The notes under the pieces were generated by a model. It was not told the DNA's origin and ran no database searches. It saw only the letters and a program-made list of their open reading frames with translations. Position numbers and translations under genes: made by a program. A stretch of DNA of 64,000 bases from the human T2T-CHM13v2.0 reference genome, Homo sapiens, in the NCBI RefSeq assembly GCF_009914755.1, contig NC_060927.1; one strand, 5' to 3'. This document shows, one piece after another, positions 24,851 through 38,403 of this stretch; position 1 is the first letter of the stretch; each line of letters starts with the position of its first letter.

Positions 24851-25727
24851 AACATATTTATTACTTATTTCTTCTATGAATGCTTACTGAGTTTGACCTA
24901 TACAAAAGGTCTATGCTAAAGTACTATCAACTGCTTACTGCCCATCAACAATTTTCTGGAGAATGGTTTGTTCAAGTTTTCACTTGCATCTTTGTATATA
25001 ATTTTGGAAGTAGAAATTGTTGGTCTGTCTTTTACTTGTAATATTCTTTTCCTCTTTTCTTCTTGAAGCATATTTGCATAGCTTACATGACAGTTATGTT
25101 GGGGGAACAAACCAGGTGGGAATTTTGATCTCCTTGAAATTTCTTTTATAAGGAAAAACAACTGGTTCACTCTTTCAGCAAGTTCCCAGGCCTACATTAA
25201 TAGTCAAGGTTAAAGAGATGAATTGATCACTATTCATGCTTATGGCAGCTTTTGTGGAAAAAGGTCTGTGCACGGGTAGTTGTGGAGGAGTAAAGAGTGC
25301 TCTGCCGGAGATTGCAAAATTCTCAGGGAGCCCAGTGGCTAGAGCAACAACATGACAAGTGTCCCAGGGGAAGGGATGCATGCGCTGGACTTCCATGAGA
25401 AGAGAGTACAGCAGGTGAGAACAGGAGGGAAGGGCAGGCTATATAAAGTAAAGAGCAAGAAGGGGCAGACTTGAAAGCCTGGGCCAAGTTTAGGCAAGAC
25501 TAACTTCTGAGGGCTGAATCTAGGCTGCAAGCAGAGAGTAGATGGGAGAAGAGTAATCTTGATTAGGTGTCAACATTCTCCACCTTATTATATGTAGTCC
25601 CGTCAGGTGGACAGTACCCGCCTTTTACAGTTGTGGAAACTGAGCTCACCGAGACAGTAATTTACCCAAGGTAATTTTCCAAGTAAGGGCAGGAGCAGGA
25701 TCCAAACCCAGATTTTGGACTCTAGGG

Positions 25728-26027
25728 TGTGCCTTCTCAACAGGATTATATTCCTCTAAGGGGGCAAAAAGTGGCCTTTGGAGGGAAAAAAAAAAACCTT
25801 GCTCTCTTTATCTATAAAGCAGAGACATATATACAGATGATGCTATATGAGAAAATGGATGATTAAAATACAAGTTGTTGTCTAAGGTGTTTTCAGCAGT
25901 TCATATCCCCACTCTGTTGTGCTTAAGGTAGACAGTATAACTGTGGTATTAAAATTTTATCCAGGGGGTAATTAGGGGGAAAATGTCTGAAAAGGCAACA
26001 ATGTAAAACAAAGGTTATGAAACACTG
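25728..26027. mobile_element. hAT-Charlie type MITE interrupted by a ~90-bp duplicated segment
   Basis: Ends TGTGCCTTCTCAAC / GGTTATGAAACACTG; flanks CTCTAGGG / CTCTATAG resemble a decayed 8-bp TSD. Confidence 0.6.
25834..25924 (+). repeat. ~90-bp dispersed direct repeat, copy 1 (copy 2 at 28176-28264)
   Basis: Shared ATGATTAAAATA.AAGTT...GTCTA.GGTGTTTTCAGCAGTTCA core; roughly 80% identity by eye. Confidence 0.9.
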
Positions 26028-26413
26028 CTCTATAGCAAGACAGGCAAGGACAGTGTCCTGAAGCCACGGAGGTCCTGGGATGCCTGGTTGAAGTTGACGT
26101 TTCTGTCCCTTGAGCTGATGGTCTGTTCTCCTGACTTCATTAGCAGGGGCTCCTACAGCCCCATGAAGGTAGGTGTTGGTCTTGCTTATAAAAAGTGATA
26201 AAATGAGCTTGTGTTGAGTTGAGAAGAAAATCCTCATCCTGGGACTTAATTCCTCACCCTGTTAAAAGCGATGGGAAACCATAGTGTGTGTGTCAAAGGA
26301 GCATCTTTCTAGGAGGGGAACACTGGATAACTGTGACCTTTGGTTAAATGATATTTCGAGAGTAATAACCCACAAACTTCCACGTTCCCTACAGATGAGT
26401 AACCTTAACCCTG

Positions 26414-26866
26414 CGTACTCATTTCTTAGGGTTTCCATAATAAAGTACCACAAACTGGGTGGGTTAAAAAACAGTTCTGAAGTCTGGAAATCTGAAATCA
26501 AGGTGCAGGCAGGGCCATGCTCTCTCTGAAGTCTGTAAGAGGAATCATCCTTTGATCCTTCCCAGCTTCTGGTGGTTTGACAACCTTTGGTGCTCCTTTG
26601 CTTGGAGCCATGTAACTCTAGCCTCTGCCTTCGTTATCACATAGTATTCTCCCTGTGTGTCTCTGTCTTCCTACGGCCTTTGACCATCTTCTTATAATGA
26701 CACCCATATTGGACTGGGGTCCACCCTACTCCAGTATGACCTCACATTAACTAAGTGCATCTTCAATGACCCTATTTCCAAATAAGGTCACATTTCTAGC
26801 TACTCAGTGTTAGGACTTCAACTTACCTCTTCTGCGGAGGGAAGAAGCATAATTCAACCCACAACA
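26414..26866 (-). mobile_element. MLT1B/C-like solo LTR
   Basis: AAAGTACCACAAACTGGGTGG...CCCTATTTCCAAATAAGGTCACATT...ATTCAACCCACAACA. Confidence 0.88.
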
Positions 26867-28772
26867 CGCTGTGGGATTTTCTGTGTTTTTTTAATACTTG
26901 CCACTCATCAGTGGTATTTGGTGGATGTTGATATCAGTCTTGCAGCTTGCACCCCTCAAAACTGGAGCTTCAGGATGTTAGTCTGGAATTGGCATTGGTG
27001 TGACTTTAGAAAGAGATATAAACAATGACAAATACACAGGAAGATGTTACATAGGCATGTGACATGGGCATCAGTGAGAAGGTGACAGTTTTAAAACAAG
27101 AGGTAGATGCTTTAATCTTAGAAAGCATTTAATTAATCTTCCATTTTATGTCGTTACACCCAGAAGAGGCATGTGGCTCTGTTGTCCCCCATCTCAATGC
27201 ATGGATGAACCTCATTCTACCATGTCCTGAAAGGCAGGATCTGGTCTTCTTTATCTTTGTACCCAACACAGCTCGAGCACAATGCCTGGCACACTGTAGA
27301 TGCTTAGCAAATGTGGAGTTGAAGTCTCAGAGCCTGGACTGTGTTTCTCAGTCCACCAACTGTTTTAGGTGGGGCCAATACTGGAGAAATGGATGAGTGA
27401 TGCCTTAGCTGTACTGATAGCTCAGATCTGCTCCTGCCATGAACTCTAGGAAAAATAGGCCTTGCTGTGACGAAGAAGGACCCCACACCTTCTGTGCAAC
27501 CTCCTGGAGGCCATAATGGAAGAAGAGTTGGATTTAGGGTTTCAGTGTTGCTCGTCATTTCAGAGAAATAGAGGTGGGAGGAGGAGAAGGAGACCTCTCT
27601 GATGAGCCCAGGAAGTCCTTTGCTGTGCACCACCCTCCCCACACCAACTTGCAACTTTTTACTGCCCTTGTATCAGGTGAATATGGAAGATTCTGTCTTG
27701 GGAGTTCTGATATGCACAGACTGCAAACTTTCTGGGGTCCATTAAGACCATCCTGATATGTTAAGGGGAACCTCTCCTCAAATTGCACTTCTGGGGGACA
27801 AAGCAATCTTGAGATCTGAAGAAAACTTTTTTTTTCCTTTATTTATGTGGCATCCCCACTCCTGTTCAGAGGGTGTTGGCAATGTTTTTGCTTAAGGTAG
27901 AATTAAGGTTGTAGATGAGTACTGGTTTCAACACTTTAATAACAATTTTAGTCTATGACTTAAAACTCCTGACACAAATGAAAAGCTGTGATTCCCTTAA
28001 GGTTGTACCTCTAGTTTGAATGTATGTCAGATTACTGACTCATATATCCTGGTTGAATTTTTTTTTATTAATGAATTGAAATCCTAAAATTTACTCAATG
28101 GACTCTTACTACAGAGAAGGTTCTGTATTCCAAGTAATTTACAGTTAATATAGTCTGCTCACTTGGATAAGGCTGCAGGTTATGTTATAGGAGCAAATGA
28201 ATGATTAAAATATAAGTTGTCTAGGGTGTTTTCAGCAGTTCACATTCCTGCTCCCTTGTGTTTAGCACAATCCTACCAACTGTCCCTCTATACTACAACA
28301 TGAATGAAAATATGTGTATGAGTGACATATTTGTGGATATATGTTTAAATTTAAAAGCTGGTATTTCTTCATGTAGAAGGCAACTTTTATGTCCTTTTTG
28401 CTTTTCTGTCCTTTTTGCTTTTCTATAGTTTCCAAAGCTTTTACTATCAATATTTATTACATATAGAATCAAGAAAACAATGACTGTTATTCATAAACCT
28501 ATAATGACTTTTCAGAAAAAATTTCCTATAACTAGGCCATAAATAAGCATTTGCTATTGATTGTCAGAGATTCTTAAAGTTGAGAATAGTAAATAATGAT
28601 TCTAACTCTAGGCTTCCCAGAAGAGAACTAGACTCACATCTGCAATTTAGAAATTATGTGAACTAAGCAAGCATTCAGGAAGAAATGCATCACTTACCTA
28701 CCCATGGGTGGATTTGAGCAAAGGCTGTGTGCAGTTGTAAAGCAAGAATGAGGTCTGGGTGGGAGAAAGACT

Positions 28773-28970
28773 CAGTGGTTTTCAGGGGCTCAATCTAATT
28801 GTCTAGAGGGCATTCATAAATATCTTTTCTGAGAGTATTTTGATTATCACAATGACTGGGGTTACTACTGACCTCTGGTGCAGTGGGGCCAGGCATCCTG
28901 CAGTATGTGGGCCAGTCGCAGGCCAAGAAGATCTGTTCCCTCCAAAATACCAGGAGGGTTCTGTTGAGTG
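28773..28970. mobile_element. MER3/MER20-like hAT MITE
   Basis: CAGTGGTTTTCA...TCACAATGACTGGGG...GGGGCCAGG.ATCCTGCA...GTTGAG. Confidence 0.55.
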
Positions 28971-30825
28971 GCAACAGTAGACTCTACTGAGTGGGTTTTC
29001 TGTGAGCACAGAGGAGGGTGAGGATCTCCTGAGTCAAGCTAGGTATTGTACTCAGAATGAAGGATAGGCCTTATTTCTACCCAGAAAGACCTAGTTAGCT
29101 TTTCCACTGGTGTAGAAGGAGCTAGTCCACATGAAAGTTAACTTCTGTTTCTGGTACGCACGAGATACCCTGAAATGAGGTCTAAGAGATGGTGGTAACA
29201 TTTTCAATGCTAACAGTTATAAGGTGCTTATCAGATGCCAGGCATTGTGAATAATCACCCATGATCCTATCACCTTGATAGAGTTATTGTCATCTCTACG
29301 TGTTATCATCCATATAACCTCATATTTTAAATGGTAATGTCTTCTTTTTACTACCATTTTACATAAATACATCAACTCCTATCCATATTTCTATACAATA
29401 GCCATAGTTATTGAGATGCATATTTAATAGTCTATCATGATATTGTATCAATGTATTAACCCATTTTCATGATTTTGAACATTGGGCGTTTCTTCTCTCA
29501 TTTTTATTTCGCAGCTATAGACAGTGCTCCCATGAATGTCTTTATACAGATATCCTTTGCTTCTGGTTATTTTCCTAAGAAAAACTCTACAAGTAGCAGT
29601 ATTGGTTCAAAGAATGTATATATTTTTGGCTCTTCTTAAATAGTACTATGTTGCTTTCTCACAAAATTACATGAACTTATTCTGCCACCAGCAATAAATA
29701 TCACTTTCAGCACAAACACACCAATGTCAAGTTCTCTCATTTAAAAAATTCTAACTACTTTTCTGGGAGTAAAACAATGTTTTGCTCTAGGTGAGTTAAA
29801 TATTTCCAGGACTTTGGATGTTTTTCTCTGGCTTCCTTAAAATATCTTATTAGCCTCTTGAGATGGTTGAGGATATAGTGTCAGATTTGTGAAGCTGGAA
29901 CCAGAGTTACACTAAGGATGTATTGTATATAGTTTTCTTCCAGCAAAAATTATTTAGCCCTGAAAGCCAAACAGCAATTCTATACAAAATACTGTATTCA
30001 TTAATCTTTTTATCAACTTACGGAGATATGAAATGGAATCAAACACATACAAATCAAGGATACTACATTCAAGTTATGCACAAGAAAAGGGAACAGAACT
30101 CCCCAGTCTCAGCCCTCTTGGGCTACATTGATTGACTGAGCCAGAGAGGTAAACAAGAGGAAAAGGTACATCATCCCTGGCTTCAGTTCTAACCCGTTTC
30201 CCCATTTGTCATTTATATTTTAGCATGTTGTCTTTACATGTTCCCATGGAGAGCACTGTTCAGGCTTGTATTGACAGTTGCAGGGCGGAACATTCATATC
30301 CACTGCACGCCATCAGAAAGCCTGTGAATTCATCATGCTTTTGTGGACACTGGGCTTGAAAACACTGCTCTGCGTCACCAGCTACAAAACCCAGGCACAG
30401 CCCCATCTTCACCCACTCCCTTATTGTATTAAGACACAAAACACATCTAAGAAACAAAGCCTGGCTTGCCCTGTGTTTCTAAATAAGTAGTAGTATGGTC
30501 CTGTGTTTCTAAATAAATGAGTAGATTGGTAGCTGGTACCCATGGGACAAAAGGATTGTAGTCTCAGAAGTGGGTTCAGTAACACTACTCCTTTGGGAGA
30601 GAAACATGTCACCACATGTTTTGGGGATGCACCTGCACATCTCTTCTCCCCCCATATCCTGGCAGTGGTTGTACAGAAGCTACGCACCACCACCTACTTT
30701 TTATCTTTACTGTCATTGTATTTACTATGACTCTTCAGGTACTTTTCATGTGCTTATTTCATCTAAAACAAAAATTCACAACAGATTCTAATCCAACCTA
30801 CCTCAAGGCCAAATTTCGCAAGATA

Positions 30826-31128
30826 CTTTTTTTTTTTTTGCTTTTTAAAGTGTGATATAATATACATAACATAGAACTTAATATTTTAACCACTATTAAA
30901 TGTACAGCTCAGTGGCATTAAGTACATTCATGTTGTTGTGCAACCATCACTATCCATCTCCAGAAATTTTTCATCATTCCAAACTGAAGCTCTATGCCCG
31001 TTAAATAGTAACTCCCTATTCCTTTCCTCCCCCAGCTCCTGGCAACTATCACTTTACTTTCTGTCTCTGAATTTGACTACTTTAGGTACCTCATATAGGT
31101 GGAATCATACAGTAGTTTGCCTTTTGTG
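30826..31128 (-). mobile_element. L1MB 3' end
   Basis: T tail, then TGTACAGCTCAGTGGCATTAAGTACATTCA...GGTACCTCATATAGGTGGAATCATACAGTA. Confidence 0.85.
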
Positions 31129-31136
31129 TCTTACAA

Positions 31137-31334
31137 CAGTGGTCCTCGACCTTTTTGGCACCAGGGACGGGTTTTATGGAAGACAGTTTTCCCACTTACG
31201 GTGTGCGGAGAGGGATGGTTTCAGAATGAAACTCCCATATGCAGTTCACAACCAGTTCGTGCTCCTAGGAGAATCTAATGCTGCCACTGAGCTTTTGTGG
31301 AGCCAGTCCATGGCCTGGAGGTTGGGGACCCCTG
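31137..31334. mobile_element. MER1B (hAT-Charlie), internally deleted
   Basis: CAGTGGTCCTCGACCTTTTTGGCACCAGGGAC...GTTGGGGACCCCTG; 8-bp TSD TCTTACAA / TCTTACCA. Confidence 0.85.
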
Positions 31335-31951
31335 TCTTACCAAATACATTTTAAACATTTAAATTTTACCCCAGCTTATGCTTAAAGTGGTTCGCAGTAT
31401 CTTTCCAAGAGACCTTTACTAACATGAAAAGATACATAGACATAAATTTTTAAATAGGAGAAGAAAAATATAAACTAAGTATAATTCAAAAATGCACCCT
31501 GCTGTGAATGACACAATTTCAGACATTGGACCACACATTTATATCTGGGTCCCTTAATGCCCAAAACAGAACATAATACTTGATCAATTACATAATTCTT
31601 ATAGAGAACATACTGACTTCCAAGCAAAGCAAGTATTTCAGGGCACTTTAATTCTGAAAGATTTTTCTCCCTTTCATTCTTTGCAGGGAAACATTAATGT
31701 GGGGGACTGTATCCTTGATAATGGCCTCATAGTATTTCACAGGACTGCTCCTTAAAAAGCGTAACTCCACAAGAGCTCTAAAAAAGGCCTGAGAGTGAGG
31801 CCAAGGAAGCATGGCTTATATTGACATTGTTCATTTATACAGTCATTTAACAATAGTTCACCAAGTCACCTGTGAGCATGGATTACAAAGGCAAATGAGG
31901 TATAATTCTTACCCTCAGTGAGATTACAAATCATAGCCTAGTGCTTTTGAT

Positions 31952-32215
31952 TAAGGGTCCTCAACCCCCAGACTGATACCGGTCTGCAAGCTGTTAGGAA
32001 CCAGCCTGGTTCCTAACAAATCAGCGATGGCATTAGATTCTTATAGGAGCACAAACCCTATTGTGAATTGTGTGTGCGAGGGATCTAGGGTACACGCTCC
32101 TCATGAGAATCTAATGCCTGATCCCAAAACCATCCACCCCCTTACCACCCTGGTCCATGGAAAAGTTGCCTTCCATAAAACCAGTCCCTGGTACCAGAAA
32201 GGCTGGGGACTGCTG
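31952..32215. mobile_element. MER1B, opposite orientation to 31137-31334
   Basis: Perfect 8-bp TSD CTTTTGAT at 31944-31951 and 32216-32223; GGCATTAGATTC...GAGAATCTAATGCC core. Confidence 0.88.
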
Positions 32216-33601
32216 CTTTTGATGATCAGGCTAGATTCAGGAGCAAGAAATCTAGGCTCCATGTCCTTTAACATCCTTACATATCATTTTCTGCAGTCCA
32301 GCTTCTGAGAGATGTTGGGCATCTAAAAAGTGTCTTCCCCCAGCAAGGGCATTCTATGTGGTGGATTATTGTGAGCTCCATATACCTTAAAGCACAAACC
32401 AACAGACTGATGGCTCCCCATGCCTGGGTGAGACCTCCCACATGGAGTGAGTCACACAAGATGTCAGGCAAAGCCAAAGCAAGATGCATTTGCCTTTTGA
32501 CATAAGAATCTGTGGTAGGGAAGAAAGCACAGGAAGAAGAGAGTCATTTTGATGTCCTCAACTGCAGTAGGAGCCATCTCCCTGACTTGTTCTGACCTGA
32601 CTTGTTCCCTACCGTAATCTCCTGGATGCAGAAGTCCCTCAGGCCCATCGGGTAAACTAAGAATCTTGCTGGAGTTGGGGTCAGAATGTGAGCCATCAGA
32701 GAGATGGCTGGATCAGGGGATTCAGACAATTATATGGGGTGCACTGGTTGGTGGTTGGGACGGATGGCAGGTCAGGAATGAAAACAGGCGAGCTGAAAAT
32801 GGGAGATGAGGAAATGCAGTCTATCCTGATGGCTCTTCTCAGGAGTTTGACCATAGAGAATGGGGTAAAAGCTGGGACAGTTGTGGGGTCAAGGAGAGGC
32901 TGACAGTTTATTTACTATGTGTGATTTTAGAACATGTGTGACGATTCAGTAGAAAGGGAGAAATTGATGATTGGGGCACAAGGGTAAACTCTAGGTGTGA
33001 GGCTTTAAGAATCTAAGGAGCTGGGACTCACTCAGAGCAGGAGTGAGGGCCTGGCTTCTGATGGAAGGGAATGTTCCCAGTATTTTCAGAGGTTTGCGAG
33101 CAGGATGCAGATGCTGGGGAGGTTGGGGTGGAGAGATGAGGTACTCCCACTTGGTGCCTCATTTTCTCACAGAGGGTAGTTTGGAAGTTTGAGAAGACAG
33201 GACATATAAAAGAGTTGTCTCAGGAAACAAGGATTTTATTGGTCATGTATTGGTTATTTGCTTTGGGGTGTGGCATGGTGATATCATTTCTTGCCTTTCA
33301 CAGGGCACAGCACCTGCAGGGTCACGAGGGAGCTGGCCGGTTCTCTGGTTGGGACACCTAAATCTGAACCTAGGAGTAGAAATGAGGGCCAGACTCTCTG
33401 CTAGACAAACACAAAGGAATCTCTGGTCAGAATGGCATGCCATTCAAAGTCTGTGGTGCTTGTTTAATGGGAAACCCCCCAGTTTGGTTGTGTGATTTTT
33501 CTGCAGTTTATTCAGTGGCTCAGGGGCCGGATGCAGAAAGTAGGCTGTAGGGCTTGCCTGGGGCAAGCATCAAGATAGGTGCTTAGTGCACTAAGTTTTA
33601 A

Positions 33602-33935
<334 letters not shown>

Positions 33936-34616
33936 TGCATTTTAAAAAGTAAGTTTTTGCTAAATACTGTTTTACTACATCTATATATTTTTATGTGTAA
34001 TATTTTTATTGTCACTCAATTCAAAATATATTCAAATTTCTTTTGTGATTTCTTCTTTAACTTGTGGGTTATTTAGCAGTGTGTTTTTAAACTTTCCAAG
34101 CATGTGGAGATGTCTTGGTTATATTTATATTATTGATTTCTAACTTAATTGAATAGATATCAGAGAACTCTTCTGTATTATTTCAATCCTGTGAAATGTT
34201 TTGAGACTTGCTTTGTGGTCCAGTATACTGCTAGTTCTCGTAAACATGGTGTGTTCTTTTTTAAAAAAAATGTATATTGTGCAGTTGTTGGATATAGAGA
34301 CATAAATAGAGATACAGATATCCATCCATCCATAGGCAAGGTTTATTAATGATATTACATTCTCCTATATTCTTTATGATCTTTTAATCTATGTGTTGCA
34401 TCATTTTTGAAAAAGGTATATTAAAAATATTCATATTTTGAGTTCCAGGGCTGGGACCTGCTTTCTCATTTGGCATTTTGATAGAACGTACAAGAGAAAT
34501 TAGAACTTTTTACTGAGAAAATTCTGACTGGTTACAAATTGAAGGAGAAGCTAAAATTATCCTGACTCTCACAACTACATGAGTTGGTAGGTTTTAAAAA
34601 CTGAGATTGAACCTAA

Positions 34617-35311
34617 TGTTACCAGAAGTATGAGGGTTCTGTGTTCCTGTCTTCTTGGAGGAAAGGATTCCACCAAGAGACCAATCAGTAAAGTAAGCAA
34701 AAGGTTTATTAAGGAAATAAGAGTACACTCCAAGAGAAGAGTGGGAGAGTGGGCTGGCCTGGCTGGGAGCAGCCCCAAGAGTTCTGCACTGCGGGTTTTT
34801 ATTATGTCGGACTCTTCCTGCCTCTGTTTCAAGTCTCTGACTTTGCTTATCTGGTTTCCCAATTCTGTCTTAAGTCTCCACCTTTGTCCCCACCTAGTTC
34901 CTGCCGAAGTTTGTAGGATTCTGCCTTACTCTCTGTTGATGCGCATGCTGCGGGGCTCAGTGATCAATACGAATCCTACCTAATGACGGTGTTGCTCATT
35001 ACCACCATCCCTGGAAGGTTCTTTAGCAGTCAAATCTGTATTTATTGCCTCTGCGTATCTCTTAGAAATTTCCCTTTTGCCCTTCTTATTAGCATGTAGC
35101 TATATTCTGACAAGTTAATTACAGAGTAAGTGATTACTGGGCATCTTAAGGGACGTTTCAGAACATTCCTTTCTGCATAGGTAGTTTCCCACCTCTCTGC
35201 TCATATCTAGCAGCATGTTTTGGTTGGTCTCTGAGGCGTGAGGTTTTCCAGAGCTTTCGCCCCCAGGGGCTCCCCCTACTGCTTATGTCTAGCTATCTGC
35301 CTACTCTAACA
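34617..35311 (-). mobile_element. ERV1 solo LTR, MER50-like
   Basis: TG...CA termini, 4-bp TSD CTAA on both sides; minus strand starts TGTTAGAGTAGGCAGATAGCTAGACAT. Confidence 0.8.
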
Positions 35312-35455
35312 CTAAGGACCTTTCAATTCTACTCTCTACCTGTATAGATCTGAGGTCCAAAGAAGAGCATGACAATCACTGTAGTTGATAGAAATCTGGA
35401 ATTAGAACCCAATACTCTTTCCATTCTTGTACTCCTTTAGCAACTAGTAGTTTAG

Positions 35456-35785
<330 letters not shown>

Positions 35786-35799
35786 CAGAAACTCCTACC

Positions 35800-36840
35800 T
35801 ATGCATTCTTATGTCAAAGAAAAACTCACAAAGGAATTTGCAAAATTTTTAAGAAATAGAGAAAATTTAAATGGTACATATTAAAATTAAAATATAGAGC
35901 ACACCTAAATCTGTCCTCTGAGGAAATTTTATAGTATTAAATTTATGTTACTAATATAAAAGAAGAACGAAAAGTGAACTAAGCCTCTAACTTAGTAACT
36001 TCAAAAAGTAACAGTAAAATAAACCCAAGGAAAGCAGAAAAAATGAAATCATAAAAGATGAAAGCAGAAATTAATTAATTTAAGCAGAAAAGCTCAAGAG
36101 AATGAGAAGACCAGACCACAGACTGGGAGAAAATACTTACAAAACATACATCTGATAAAGGAGCTATCCAAAATATACAAAGAACTCTTAAAACTCAACC
36201 ATAAGAAAACAACCTAATTTAAAAGAGCAAAGACCTTAACAAACACCTTACCAAAGAAGATACGTAGATGTCAAATAAGCATATGAAAAGATATTTCACA
36301 TCATATGTTATCAGGAAAACTGCAAATTAAGACTCTTTTCCATTGCATATGATACAAATTCAAAGAGCTAGTTTCCTCAAAATTATAAAAGTTAATACAA
36401 AACAAAGATACTAAAATAGAAAAAGGACATGTGAAATAAGTAGGTTACAGGCAAGGAAATCACAAGAAAAGATATTTTATAACTGAAGTAATACAACAAA
36501 AATGAAAAATCATTTTTCATCTATAAAATTAACAAAACATTTAAGTTTAATGACATCCAGTATTGATACATGTATATGGGAAAACAGGCAATCTATCACA
36601 CAATTACTGGGAAGATAAGTGGTGCAAACTTTTAGAGGACAGTTTACACATACTTTCCAATTCTAAATATTCATTAAACTTGACCAACTTACAAAAGAGT
36701 GGCAAAGATACAAATAAGTACAGTAGTACTTATTAAAGCATTGTTTCTAATGCCTAAGAAAAACTGGAAACTATATAAATGTTCATTAATCAAGGACTAG
36801 TTTTAAAAATTAAGACATCCATTCCATGAAGTACTGAAGT
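35800..36840 (+). mobile_element. Old L1M ORF2/3' fragments (opposite-strand L1M fragment at about 33960-34440)
   Basis: A-rich L1 motifs such as GACTGGGAGAAAATA, CAAAGAACTCTTAAAACTCAAC and CCAAAGAAGATA. Confidence 0.7.
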
Positions 36841-37345
36841 AGATCCACCTGTCCTGATGGGAGAAGGGCGAGAGCATGGCTTTGGAGCCAAACCTCCTGG
36901 GTGCAAATCCCAACTTTGCCATTTACTAGCTGTGTAATATGAGGCAAGTTATTCAGCCTCTCTGTGCCTCAATCCTCTTGAGTAAAATGTGTGCAGTAGT
37001 ACCCATCTCAGAGGGCTATTGTTAGATTTAAATAACTTAATAGAATGCTTAGAACAGTGCCACCACAGAATAATCTTTCAGTAAATATTAATTATTATAC
37101 ATTATTATTAAATGGCACAAATGCAGGACATAGGCCAGTGTGTAGTATGGTCTCTTCTGTAGAAGAAAGGGGGTGGAGTAAATGAGGGAATGAGGAGACA
37201 GGGAGGGTGGGGGAAAAGCATAGAAATACTTAAATGTGGAGGGGAAGAGACTTGTCATCTTCATTTTACAGTTTTGTCTGTATTCCTTGAATTGCCTAAC
37301 TGTATTGTCAGGAAAGCTAATCTGTGATGACAAAGAAACCCCAAA

Positions 37346-37650
37346 GGCTGGGCATGCTCACGCCTGTAATCCCAGCAATCTGGGAAGCCAAGGCAGGTGG
37401 GTCACTTGAGCCCAGGAGTTCGAGACCAGCCTGGCCAACGTGGTAAAACCTCATCTCTAAAAAAATAAAATAAAATACAAAAATTAGCTAGGCATAGTGG
37501 TGCATGCCTGTAGTCCCAGATACTTGGGAGGCTGAGGTGGAAGAATCACTTGAGTCTGGGAGGTTGAAGTGCAATGAGCTGTGATTGCACTATTGCTTTC
37601 CAGTGTTGCTCTGGACACCAGAGCAAGACCCTGTCTCAAAAAATAAAAAT
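37346..37650 (+). mobile_element. AluJ inserted in an old MLT1 LTR (about 37300-38227, which also holds a MER5A-like piece at about 37795-37960)
   Basis: CACTTGAGCCCAGGAGTTCGAG (J type); flanked by AAGAAAC(T)CCCAAA-like TSD. Confidence 0.88.
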
Positions 37651-38403
37651 AAGAAACTCCCAAAATGTAGTGATTTAAAGAACAGAAAAGTAATTATCTT
37701 TCTCAGGGAAGTCCAAGGAGAGTGTTCCAGGTTGGCCAGTATGTATATGTTCCATACAGTCACTCAAGGCCCCACAGCTCTGCCATCCCCTAGGGGCAAT
37801 AGTTTTTACATTTGACTGCATATTAGAATCCTTGGCAGAGCTTTGGAAAAAAATCACATTGCCCAACCACAAACCATATCAATTAAGTCAGAATCACTGG
37901 GCCAGGGCACAGGCACTAATATTTACTCCAGAAGATTCTTGTGCAGCCAGGTGCCTTAGGGCTTTATCATCTAATTGTTGATGCCCAGGCCATCTATGGT
38001 TTAAGCCTCTGAGAAGGGGAGGAGAGCATGGAGGAGGACCACCTTCTGTACAAAGGGCCTGGCCCAAAACAGGCACACATCATATGTGCTCCCATTCCAT
38101 TGTTAAGAGCATAATCACCCTCTCATGCTTAGCTCAAAGGGGGACTGGCAGCCACATGGCTAAAATTCTGTTTCTAGAAAAAAGGGGTAGAAGGGATTTT
38201 GGTGGTCAGCTGGCAGGCTCTGTGACATAAACCACGTGAAAGTATTACCTTACCCTCCCACGCAAAAAATTACAACACCAGAGATTATGGCCTTTTTCTT
38301 CATAATTTTCTGTATTTCAGAACTCTAATGCTATTTTTTAAGTTAGAAAAAGGAAACATAGTTAACCCTTTTTCATTGCATATGACAGCTTACCATGTAC
38401 TAT

